Shown piece by piece: positions 52,281 to 64,000 of a stretch of DNA of 64,000 bases. Each line of letters opens with the position of its first letter. Position 1 is the stretch's first letter. The stretch is from positions 62,124,001-62,188,000 of the forward strand of contig OX597823.1 of NCBI GenBank assembly GCA_951406725.2, read 5' to 3'. A model generated the notes under the pieces. That model did no database searches. It was not told the origin of the DNA and was given only the letters and a program-made list of their open reading frames with translations. The DNA is from Octopus vulgaris. Taxonomy: Eukaryota. Both the position numbers and the translations under genes were made by a program.

Positions 52281-53346
52281 AAAAAGGCAAAGTTGATCTC
52301 GGCACAATTTGAACTTAGGATGTAAAGAACCAGAACAAATACCACAAGGTACTTTATTCAATGCTTTAACAATTCTGTCAATCCACTGTTAGTCTCTCTA
52401 TTAATAAACCCCAAATCTTTATATTGTATTTTCCAATATATAACTCAACATTATATTTGGTGTAAGCATTCAAACATCACTTCCTGCTGCATTTCACATG
52501 GAATTTTTGGTCTAAACAATGCAACTTGTAGGCTGAAAAATATGGTAATTAGCTCACCATGGTAAAATTAGAATATGGTTGATATCTTAAAGCATATTTT
52601 TGCTAAAACTCAGTGTCGTGTCAAAAGAAATTTTGAGACAAAGACCATGGTATAATGGTGCTGCTAAGCGAGGTGCAATACAAAGTTGACTCAGTGAATA
52701 TGCATTGAATATGAGAGGCAAAAATTGAATAAGGGGCTTTAACAGAAGACTGCATACCTACTGATAGTTTTTAATGATTTGGCAAACATTATCCATTCAA
52801 ATTTGAGCTTGTATTTTTATTTATTTATTTTTTTAAACTTATATAGTTTTCTTAATATTTAAGAAAATTCACAACTTGATATATCACAAACATGTGCTAT
52901 TCTCCTCTTGTCAATGTAAAAATTCCAGGTTAACTAGCTTTTGTTAGCAACAGGTTGCAGGATATCTATAGTTATTCTATTAGACTGCAGTGATGAACAC
53001 AGCTGCATGTGGCACGAGTTAATTATTTCAACTGAATGATGTAAAAATACCAGATTGCTCAAATACAATTACTGAGCAAGGGAGCCTCCTATGTGGTTGC
53101 TCAACATGCTAGAAACAGTCACCTTACTGTCTTAATACAAGGACACATTAGATAGTGAAGTACAACATGCTCCTAAAAATTTTTTTCAAGAAATGAATGG
53201 CCACAGCTGGAATATTTTTGATTGTAGGTCTGCTCCAGGAGAGCTAATCAACAAGAGAAGTTGAAATATTTGGAATTATATCTAAAGTTTTATTTTTTCT
53301 GTTTAAACAGTTGACAGATCATCTCAAATAGTTCTCTCTCTCTCTC

Positions 53347-53393
<47 letters not shown>

Positions 53394-54015
53394 ATGCAAA
53401 AGTCATTTGGTTCAGTTTTTTTTAACTAATTGTTACAATCTTAAAACAGAAATAAGGGTTGTTCTTTCCCTAACAAATATAAGTAGTCATGGTAACTAAA
53501 CTGATTTAACCCATTTACCATGACTGGGTTGTATCAATATTTATATTATTTTCATACATTTTTTTTTTCAAAACCTAACCACTGTTGACACTGTGAAACG
53601 TAAAAGTATAAAATGTAATGAAAATTTGTCCAATAAATATTCTGAGATTCTTCCAACAAACCTATTATTGCACTAGTTTAATTATTATTTTTGTAATTGT
53701 GTAAAAAAAAATGTTTCCCTAAAAGAACATATTAAGATTACCCTTTTAATCAGATGACACATTCTACATAATTACATATCTGCAATTGCTCATGGCAGAT
53801 CAGAAATGTTTTATAAATTTTTCAAAAACTACAGTCCAAGAGGTCACACATGACGTAAATTTATGGTTGACAGGAATCTATAATTTAACATTCTATGGTG
53901 TTTTTCTCTCATCTTCTAAAATCTTTCAAGCACTAACCTCAAATGAAAAAGATTGCCTATGTGTTTTCAGAATTTGAACGAATTTAGTAAAAAAAAAAAA
54001 ATGAATTTAATTTAA

Positions 54016-54230
54016 CCCTTTTGACACCAGCCTCCCTGAGGCTGCCGTTGGTTATATGATACAAACTTCCGATTTTAAAGTGATCTAAAATAAAAACCTT
54101 CCTTCAAAATTTGATGTTATGTTCCAAACATTAGTCTAATAACAAAGTTATTTCACGAAATTCTTCTTTGTTTTCTCTATTAATTGAAATAGTGACAGTA
54201 TTTTTTAACAGAATTATGGTAACAAAAGGG
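54016..54230. mobile_element. piggyBac-type MITE (TTAA TSD, CCCTTTTG ends)
   Basis: TTAA-CCCTTTTGACACC ... GGTAACAAAAGGG-TTAA. Confidence 0.8.
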
Positions 54231-55257
54231 TTAAGGTTCTTAAAAAATAAGTTTAAATTTCAATATAATCTCAGCCAATTTCAAGCAGGATGATAATACG
54301 TTAAGCTCCAAATCAGATTTCAAGTACTTGCTCTTGATTAGCTAATTCAATTTTGACAGCACAAACTTCAGTCTTTACTAGGTTTTCTTGCTTGATCTGC
54401 AAGGGGCATTGTTTATGGCTTTGGAAGGACCTTTGATGTTGATGAGACTAACGCCGTTCAATTTCTCTCGAAAACCGTATTCAGCTTTCGCGGAAGAGAA
54501 AGTTATCCCCCCTTTACTTGAATTATTTCCCTTAGACAAAAATCATTGCAAAGGGAACAAACTTTGCGAGCCTCATTAAATTGTCGCTATTTTCTACATA
54601 TTCCATCAACATCGTTTTAATGTCCACATTCTGTGTTCGCATATTTCGGACAAAATTTATAGGGCGTATTTTCTAAGGCCGTATACCCTTCCTGTCATCA
54701 ACCCTCACCTGTTTTCAAGTAAGAAAATTTTCCGCCCATGACCAGACATGTTTTTACAGATTAGAAGCAGACACTTGGATGGAAATCACACTCCTTTACA
54801 CATAGAAGTATGCAGGTACGGACACATACGCTCGTATACGAGAGGATTTTTTCAGTTTCCATCTACCAAATCTACTCACAAGGCTTTGGTCAGCCCGAGG
54901 TTAGAGTAGAAGACATTTGCCCAAGGTGCTACACAGTGGGACTGAACCTGGAATCATGTGGTTGGGAAACAAACTTCTTACCACATAATATAGTTTAAAT
55001 AGGCAAGACTATTTTTCAGCAAAGGTCATAGCAATAACCTAGTTATCGTTTATAGTTTCGGCTACACACCTTACTGATTTGCACCGAAAATGAAATAAAA
55101 CCACCAGCCAAACAGTGGCCAGCAGGGTGCAGTAAACCTGGAAATGATACAGACCAAGGACATCTGACTGTCTAATTAAAAAGAGAAAATTGTAATTCAT
55201 AGAAAGAGGGCTAGCACGAAGAAAAAAACACAGAAAAATATTAATGTATAACCCAAA

Positions 55258-55263
55258 TTTATT
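55258..55263 (-). promoter_or_regulatory. Candidate polyadenylation signal (AATAAA) for clathrin light chain
   Basis: TTTATT on + strand about 180 nt downstream of the CLC stop. AATAAA is common in AT-rich DNA, so position is the only support. Confidence 0.4.
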
Positions 55264-55441
55264 GACAAGTCTACAAATTCAGTTAACATAATCTATTGAT
55301 TTTTGATCAATTACTTTGAAGGAATTAGTAATTGCTTCTAGTTTAAATTTCAACCATGACAACCAAAACAATAGTTTCACAAATCCTGATTCTTCTTTAA
55401 CATTCTCATTAGCATACAACTATTTCATGAGGCTACAATCT

Positions 55442-55613
55442 TCAGCGAACCAGAGGCGTTTGCTTCAACTGTAGCAATATTGATCTCATACGAGACACGT
55501 CTTTTGTGTTTTTGGAATGCTTAGGGTTGAAGTCACAAAGCCGACAGATTTTCTCCCATTCTTGACCAGCAATGCTCTCTTCACGATCCTTCAGGCTTGC
55601 TTCTTCTTGTGCC
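55442..55613 (-). CDS. Clc: Clathrin light chain terminal coding exon: (R)AQEEASLKDREESIAGQEWEKICRLCDFNPKHSKNTKDVSRMRSILLQLKQTPLVR*
   Basis: Minus-strand TGTAG acceptor at 55614-55615, phase 2. Diagnostic CLC C-terminus EWEK..LCDFNPK..K..KDVSRMRS.L..LKQ.PL.R. Confidence 0.97.
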
Positions 55614-57976
55614 CTACATAATGGAAAGCAAGATTTAATTAATACAAAAATACAAAGCAAGGTAAACAAAAGAAATATGTACAATATTTACTGCTGGTAA
55701 AGACAAAAATATTCCACATTCCTTTAATAATGTGGTATCCATTGAACAAGTGCAAGCCTGTATTAATAATATCTCAGTAATTAAAAATCTAAAATTTTGT
55801 TCATATATGACTATGTGAGTTTTTGTATCAGTTAATAAATTCATTAATTGCTGGTACACTGAGATATGACCACACATGAACATATAACAGATAGTAGTGA
55901 AATTATTTAAGATAACTATGAAGCTCTAATTTTAAAATGGGGCTTATTTCTTCAATTTAATCTTAGCAATTCAAAATGTTATTTCAGAAATAGACAGCAG
56001 TAGAAATCTGTCTAAGTTATATGGCAAATAGTTATACAAACAGTACAATTTTATACAGTGCTTCACTAATTAGACTTTTATAGATTAATGGAAAATATAA
56101 GTATAATTTTAAAATGAAAATTAAAAGAAAATTAAATGGAATACCAAGGACCTAAGAGAAATAGAACTTATTCAAGCTAACTTTGCTAAAATACTTAAAA
56201 TTATTAGCATAAACTAGTATTACTTCATATGTAATTAGAGAGACAAAATCGGTTACATTAATTAAATCGTACGAATCAAATTTATCAGAAATCAGTTATC
56301 ACTCAAATGATAGCATATTCATGATATAAGTTACATTTACTCTAATCAATATACTACATCTGAGTTCAGTAATTAAAGCATTTCCAAAATTTTTACAAGC
56401 ATATTTATATAGAGGCACAAGACCTCCAATTAAAGAAAAAAGATTGCGTGACGTTCATGCCTTTCTGAAGGCTTTTCATAGTAATAAAAAAAACTGTTTT
56501 CCATCAGGAATTGAAACTAGATTGCTACCTCAGTTTGATATACTTATTAAAGAGTTGAGGTACTTTACCAACAAAGAATAATGTAAAATCTAGCAAGATT
56601 TCAGTGAAAACAAACAAAACTTTATTTGAGAAGGTAATGAATAATAAAAATAATAAACATGAAAAAAAAAATAGTAATAAAATAATAAAGCAGCCACAAT
56701 AAAAGCAAAACATATTTTTCTTTCTTAGTATGAGGAACTTTTAGTGAAAATATTTGGCAAATTGACAAATATGAAGAAATACTCAAGTAGAAGTCATTAA
56801 TAATTAGGTTAACAAAATAACTGGGTTAATAATAATTAGTACATTTCAATATAGCAGAGAGGAAGCTACAACTACCAGACAATAGGAATATTTTATATTA
56901 AGGGAAATTTACTTTTATAAATATTTAATAAAGGTTTTTTTTCTTCATAGCGTTTTACTATCAATGAACTTCCAACTACTAAAATACAGTATTAGATATT
57001 ATTATAATGAATTTTCAATTCAATCTTATGAATGTCTATTATATTAGACATTCATAAGGATAAATTTGAGACAGAAAAAGAGCAGTGAAGAACTAGAACA
57101 CTGATAGACATTGAACCATAAACTAATTACTTGATAGAATATTCTTTAAATTATTTATGAGAAATATTAAGCCATAACATTTATCTCATCATCAAACATT
57201 TTGGATCATTTTATACATGATTTTGTTTCATTTTTACATTAATTTTTCCACAATAGCAGGATCTACATTACTCAACCATAGAGATATTTTGATATTTACA
57301 TAGTTTCAACATGCACTTTCCCCATGTTTGCATAGGCCAGACAAAAGTTATTGAGGCAGAATTTTGTATGGCCAGATACTCTTTCAGTCACCAACCTTCC
57401 CCATTTTCCTTCAAACAATGAACAGATCAATGGCCTAACATGCTTCCACAAAGGATTACAAAAATATAGTTCTGTATGTATAATGGTGACATTTGTTTAA
57501 TATGCCAAGACAAGGGCAACACACACATTCCAGCATGGAAAACAAACATTAAATGATTTTACACACACTAAAGTATTGAACAGTAGACTGTATGAGAAAA
57601 GGCACTAATGTTCTACTTAAAGCTCAATGTGAGTTCAGAAAGGAGAAGTAGCACTTTGTTTATGTTCAGCCTTAGATTAAGAAATGTATGGAACAGAACA
57701 CATTATGTGATCTTAACTTCACAAAGAAATTCAAGTGTAAACCAGTTGAGCCTGTAGCAAATACTCAGGTTTAGATGCTAGAAGTGTCACTCATCTGTAA
57801 AATCCCTACTTACCAAGAAGACAACCCAAATTACACAGATGAACTCTAACATTGTACAGTTTGATATTTGAGTGGGAGACAAGTAGGGCAGCATGCTAGT
57901 ATCCACATTATTCTCACTTTGTTTGTCAGCAATGTTCAAGGAGGTATTCCAGAGACAAGACCTGATGATCACCAGT

Positions 57977-58125
57977 TTAACCCTTTAGCATTCAGATATT
58001 TCAATGATGTGATTGTTTATTTTTAGAAAGACATTGTAGGGTACGTGTGAGAGGCTGAATCTGACTGGTTTGAACATCAACCAGGTAAAGGCTGAACATG
58101 ATCAGTTTAGATGCTAAATGGTTAA
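57977..58125. mobile_element. TTAA-flanked MITE (TTAACCCTTTAGCAT ... ATGCTAAATGGTTAA)
   Basis: Short TIRs with TTAA flanks. Related fragments near 14100-14470 and 45313-45390. Confidence 0.65.
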
Positions 58126-58239
58126 GGTGTTACAGCTCAAAGCTAAGACTAACACCACATATTAGTAAGAAAAATGTTTGATGATCATGTTTTGTCTTCC
58201 ATACTGTGAAAGATAAGCAGAATATGGAGATTTTTGACA

Positions 58240-58860
58240 GTGCAACCAAAGAGGTCAGAATATAACATCCAGAATATTGAAGTTCTTTATTAATTAAATT
58301 CCAACTTTAACCAAGAAGCACAACCAGATTCCATCATTATTAAAAGGTCAGAGCTGATGGAGGCAAGATACTTTACCTATCTGAGTAGTATTATGAGAAA
58401 TGCTGATAGACTCAATGACAAACTAGATTGCGGGTTGAACGAAGTTAGCTCAGAATTCAGAGGATTGAGAAAGAGAGAGGAACTACAAGTATGTCTCAGT
58501 CCAAGTTAAATGTGAAGTACACATAGCAGTAGTATTATCCACCTTATTCTACAGATCATAGGCATGGACAATATACTTCAAAGATAAAATAAACAGCATT
58601 CATTCATGATGAGACACCCAAAACAAAAGCATGAACATCACATGATATGGCTCATCCTAAAGAAAACCGAAATCCTTATAAGGAAGAGAAATATTGGTGC
58701 AATGAAATCTCTATAATTTTAAGCAGGTTCAAAAAATGGAGGTAACTTAGTTGCCAAGACAAATACTGTATAAGTGGAAGAAATCAGGGCAAACCTTGAC
58801 CAAGATACAAGGATATGGTTAAACATAATATGAGGAGATTTGATAGCAATAACAACAGCA
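58240..58860 (+). mobile_element. Highly decayed RTE-like LINE fragment
   Basis: Residual motifs FTYLSSIM and AVVLSTLFY..AWT, and a G+R-rich 3' region; many disruptions. Confidence 0.5.
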
Positions 58861-59823
58861 ACTGAGGACAGAAGCCAGTAGAGGCTTGTGATATTTCATA
58901 TGGATAGCCAATGACAACTAAATGATGTTTTATATAAGATATCAATGTTAACTTAGTGTAGGTTAATAAGGTTTATCTGAAATATGTAGGTGTGTCCCAC
59001 TACAACAAAATTTCTACTAAAGGTAGTGGTGTGTATTAAATATTCAAAATTCACTCAAGCATGGTGTGACACATTCTCACTTTGGAGATGCCTTTCTGCT
59101 CTGATGATTAAAACTGTCTCCTGTCATTTGGAATCAACCCAAAGAGAAACAATTACATTTTGATTATATATTGTCATATAAGATTTACACATTTAATAAT
59201 TACTTTAAAACTGCTACAAAATGTAAAGTCAAACATTTTGATAAATGAAAATCTTTTAAAATTTAAAAAAACAATTCAATGAAAATAATTGTTGAAAAGA
59301 ACCAAACATTAACATATGAAGTTAATTGGCTGTTTTATGGTAATCAACCATTTTAACATTTTTCTTGAATTAAAAATCATGCAAAAGTTGGAAACTGATT
59401 TTTTTTTTTTTTTTTAAAGAAAAGCAAAGGGAAAAAGCCAAATTGAACAACAACCATCACAACAATTAAGTCCAGTATTAGGCTTTATAGGAAATTTTAT
59501 GACCAAAATCAAGAGATACTTATTACCCATACAGTTGGGATAACTGTTTTCCTGAGACTTAAAAAGCAAAGCTATATTATACAGTATTTACACTAAAAGC
59601 ATCTACAGAGAATAATCAATCCAGAAAAGAAAGCTAATCCATAGTGGCAGTAAATGTTTAAATTACAGAATTTTATGGCTAATTCAAAAAAATTTTTTTT
59701 TTTTTATTATTATTATTAATTTATTAGAATATAGGGATGAGAAAAGAATTTATCCCTAAAGAGTAGCAGCATATGTATATACTGCATGATAAAACTGCAA
59801 AATTACCTACACTGAATACTTAC

Positions 59824-59850
59824 TTTTTTTTCTCCAAAGCCTCTGCATGC
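59824..59850 (-). CDS. Clc: Clathrin light chain 27-nt microexon, (R)HAEALEKK(K)
   Basis: Minus strand: long pyrimidine tract CCCTATCCCTTTCTTTACCTGTTTCCTCTACAG|GCATGCAGAGGCTTTGGAGAAAAAAAA|GTAAGT. Phase 2->2, open, joins the terminal exon in frame. Confidence 0.8.
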
Positions 59851-62800
59851 CTGTAGAGGAAACAGGTAAAGAAAGGGATAGGGAAAATTGTGAGTAAGAA
59901 TAAAGTACCTGTGGTAATTGCACACCTGTTGCAGCCTTGGATATGTTAAGGCATTAAATTCTAATATAAACAGATATATAAAAGCACTACCTTCAATGAT
60001 AATTGCTAAAAGTAAACATCAAAATACTTTAAAAGACCATCTATGAAGACATTTTTCTGATCAAGAAGAAAAAAAAAATGAAATGTTAGCAGGAAGTCTA
60101 GTTTTAAAAAAAGGAGGAGGAGGAGGAGGAGGAAAAAGGAACAGCAGCTTTTTAAATTTCTCATTAAAAAGAATTAAAAAATTGGAAGTCAAGTCAAGAA
60201 ATAAAGAGATAGCAAAACATTATTCAACTTAAAAGTCTACTAATATAAACTGATGTTATATCATTATCATTAGGCTAGCACAAACACGAATCTGCAATAA
60301 AGCATCTGCACCATCTCACCAGTAAGAACAAATACTTCATATTTTCTACTAAACACTTCACCACACAAAACTATCTATCTATGAAAACATCATTACAATT
60401 ACCTAAAGCATTTTTTTGACCCAGCAATTACAGAACAACCCCTTATCAGTATAGCCCTTTACATGCATAAATCAAATTTTTGTTATGGCAATGATCACTT
60501 TCAAATGGAACACTTCCACATCTCAAACTTATTCTTCAACTTCTGAAAAGAACATAAATCTTATACAAGAGACATTGGTTTAGAAGCAACAGCTGAGGTG
60601 CATGACCTAGTGGTTAGAATGTTGGATTCGTGATTGTAAAGTCAATAGTTCAATTCCCATACTGGCTGTACATTGTGTTTTTGAGCAAACCACTTCATTT
60701 CACATTGCTCCAGTCCTCTCAGCAGGATGGATTGCATACAAGAGTGAATTGGTGACATAGGAAAATCTGAATGGAGGTCATGTGAGCTACATTTTGCATT
60801 CAGTGATCAAAAGGATGATTAGTACAACTTATACTGTGGACCTCGACATGTTGGGATTGGTTGTTCAACCATATCAAAGGTCATTTGTCAATCAATCAAA
60901 CAGCTGAGAACAGAATTTTAACAGACATTGGTCTGTAACCAGAAGTTTACACCGAGTTCACAACCAATCATCAAGAGGATGGTAGATTCATTGGAGTTGA
61001 TAATTTATGGTATTTGGTTACAGCTCTTTACACTGAGTTCAAATACCACTTGAATCTACTTAGTGTTTCATTCTTTCAAGATCAATAAAATTACTGGGAC
61101 TTAATGATGGAGATCAGTAAAAAGAAATCATATCCTCATATCTAATCTAAATATCTCTCTTCCATCCATACAAGTATCCTACCAAATATAGGATACTTTA
61201 CGATTAATTGTATCTAACATGGGTTAAATTCTATGCAATCCAATTATATCCAGTACTAGCTTAGCACTAAAAACTCACTATCTTCAAAAACAGACTCCTG
61301 TAGGTTCTCCCCTATAAAATATCTTTACTTTGGTAAAAGATGACAATGGAGATATTATATTACTCTTGTGAAATATTTTCTGGCACAATCTTTGAGTGAT
61401 ATCTAATATCACTCAAATGCCTCACGATGCATGCAATATATTAGCAATCATCACAAAGAGTCCTGCAGCTGGTAAATACTCCTACATTTCACTTGTTAGC
61501 TAAACCTCATTTCTAGCTTTCCACCATAGAGTATGACTCCCTCCTCCTATCTGTCTATTACTTTAGTTCATCATTTGCAGCAGTGTGTTACAAAATGAAT
61601 GAACACCATCAATTATGAACAGCACCAAATTACAAAAAACTTCTCATTATATATATGATGATGAGACTCTTCCTTTTATCTCTTTGAAGCCAACAAAACA
61701 AGGTATTAGTCAAACACTGGAAAGTGAGGTAGGTCAGGTTCTGACCCATCTCTCCCCTCAAAATAGTTGGCCTTGCGCCTAAAATTCATTATATATACTC
61801 TCATATCTTTTCAATAATGTTTCACGCATTTAAATTTAATTCTGTTCACATCGAATTTTGCTACAATATGCTGTACAGGGTCAAGAACTTTTTATTTGGA
61901 CAGTATATCGTTGAAACAAACACATTCCATCACAGAGGAAAAGTGTGCCTGTTATCAAACAAAAGACAATTTGATTAAAGACTAAAATTTAACTAGGTGA
62001 AATGTCATTAAAAAACTAAAAGGAAACCAATACAAACATTTCAGATAAAAACCAGATACAAAATATAGTGCTATGTTCCTACACTGTTCTTTATTCAACT
62101 GACAAATAACTTATTCTGAAATTTGACAGTTGAAGGCATACAACTAACTTTTACCATTTTCCCTTTGTTTTGTTATAGTAGTTTTGAGCCAGAAAATTCA
62201 GATGTCTATGACAAGATTAAGCAGTTAATCTTTAAAACGTTTGGCGAGAACAAATATAGGTAATTTTTAAGCTTTAATCTTTTCGCTGTCTTCAGGCGTT
62301 GGACTATGGCTATGCTGGGGCACTACCTTGAAAGGCTTCATTAAACAAATCAACCTCAGCACTTATTTTTTTTTAAAGCCTGGAACTTATTCTACTGGCC
62401 TCTTTTGCAGGGATGTAAACAAACCAACACTGACAGTCAAGTGGTGGTGGAGTGTGAACACAGACACACACACACAACAGGCTTCATTTTGTTTCCACCT
62501 ATTAAATCCACTCACAAGGCTTTCATCAACCCATGACTAGTAGAAGATACTTGCCCAAGATGCAGTGCAGGGGGACTGAAATCAAGACCACAACATAATT
62601 GGGAAGCAACCTAGTTAACCAGACAACTAAACCTATATGCACGAATATTAAAATTGACCTTTATATTCAAAACTTTATGAATTTTTTAACACCCCTGATA
62701 CTTGTGAATATTTACAAACAGTTCAAATCATTTATTGCAATGATATTAATGATAATTATTTTAATGTCACTTTCACAACTGTGTTTCCCAAGATCTACCA

Positions 62801-64000
62801 TATCTATAAATTATTTTTATAATTATCAGACAGTGGTCTAGCAAATGAAAGCATCCTGTAATTTACAAAGATTTGTAAAAAAAACGACCCAAATGCATAT
62901 GACAGATAATGATAATTAACGATAGTTAAAATTAGTCTATTTATATATATATAACTTTTATTATCATTATTCTACATATGGTTAACTTTTTCTGGATGCT
63001 GAACCTTGATTCTATTTTCCAAAACAGTAAATTAACATTAATTTTTATTATCTTTAACTAGCTGGTTTCAGTTGGGGTGGGGGGATACAGATTTTTTGAG
63101 AAGCAGCTAGTCATAAAGGCACTTCCACAGTCACTTAGTGCAAATATGTTACAACTATCTACTACCTCTAGGGATCCTTGTAGGAATTCAAACAGGTATT
63201 TACCACTGACCATGTCTCCACACATCATTTACAATATTCAACCTTAACCAGCAATCACTCTCTTCTCACTCTTACAATCTTATCAATTCTTTCCTATTCT
63301 CTTCCTATATTCTTTCATACTCACCTTTTTGTACCTTGAGAGTATACTCTAGTACCTTAGCACCACCATCTTTATCTCTTTCCAGTTACACCCACCCACT
63401 GTTATGTAATGCAAAGTAGCCTTGTATCTCCTCTGCAGCAAGACAACTGTGACTGCCTGTCATGCTTTATGCAGCACAAAACTTGACATAAAGCCACCTC
63501 CCTCTCTACTACACCTCCACTCATTTGGGGGAATCTTTTTCTTTGACTTGCAAATTGAACTCAATAGTGCTGGTGCCACATAAAAGTACTCAAGATGGTT
63601 GGTATTAGAAATGGAATCCAGCTATAACAGACATGGGAGCTCAACACAGTCCTCTGGCTTGTTAGATCCTGTGGCACCATTGAACTCATACCAGCATGGT
63701 AGACAAACGTTACATGATGACAAAATATTGCTACAGAATAACAAAATACATTTTCTGAATAAAAGACCTTTGAGACTGACCAAGTTGGCTGCTGATAGTA
63801 AGTCATACTAAAATCAGATATCTGGCAAATAAATAACAGACAAATGCTATAACACTATATAGTCAGTGTATTTGGGGTGGTTGTACAAACTGTAGGAGGA
63901 ATTAAGAGAAATTTCTAATAAGATGTGATTTAAAAAAAAAAAAAAATATATATCTATAATCAGAATGATGGTCATGCTAAAGAAATAAAATGATCCCTTT

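Noticed and set aside
59893-59960. Additional CLC mini-exon upstream of the 27-nt microexon
   Set aside because: Candidate lengths (17, 35, 52 nt) are not frame-preserving, the longer ones contain a stop, and the following intron would be very short.

Overview
AT-rich, intron- and repeat-dominated animal DNA. The SINE and microsatellite landscape matches what I recall for octopus genomes; this is an inference, not a database result. Two protein-coding genes converge. On the + strand is the 3' part of a gamma-syntrophin gene (SNTG1/SNTG2 type): nine phase-consistent exons from 23496 to the stop at 40779, a probable upstream 32-nt exon at 5162 and candidate microexons. On the - strand is the 3' end of a clathrin light chain gene: terminal exon 55613-55442 and a 27-nt frame-preserving microexon at 59850-59824, at the position of the vertebrate neuron-specific insert. 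The rest is transposon-derived. It includes a young 5'-truncated CR1-type LINE with an intact RT frame inserted into an older RTE fossil, other RTE/CR1/L1 fragments, a decayed hAT transposase, a Helitron remnant, a Penelope GIY-YIG remnant, several MITEs and at least four SINE families. Several Penelope-like fold-back elements carry minimal hammerhead-ribozyme cores. Most ORFs in the supplied track are microsatellite or SINE artefacts.
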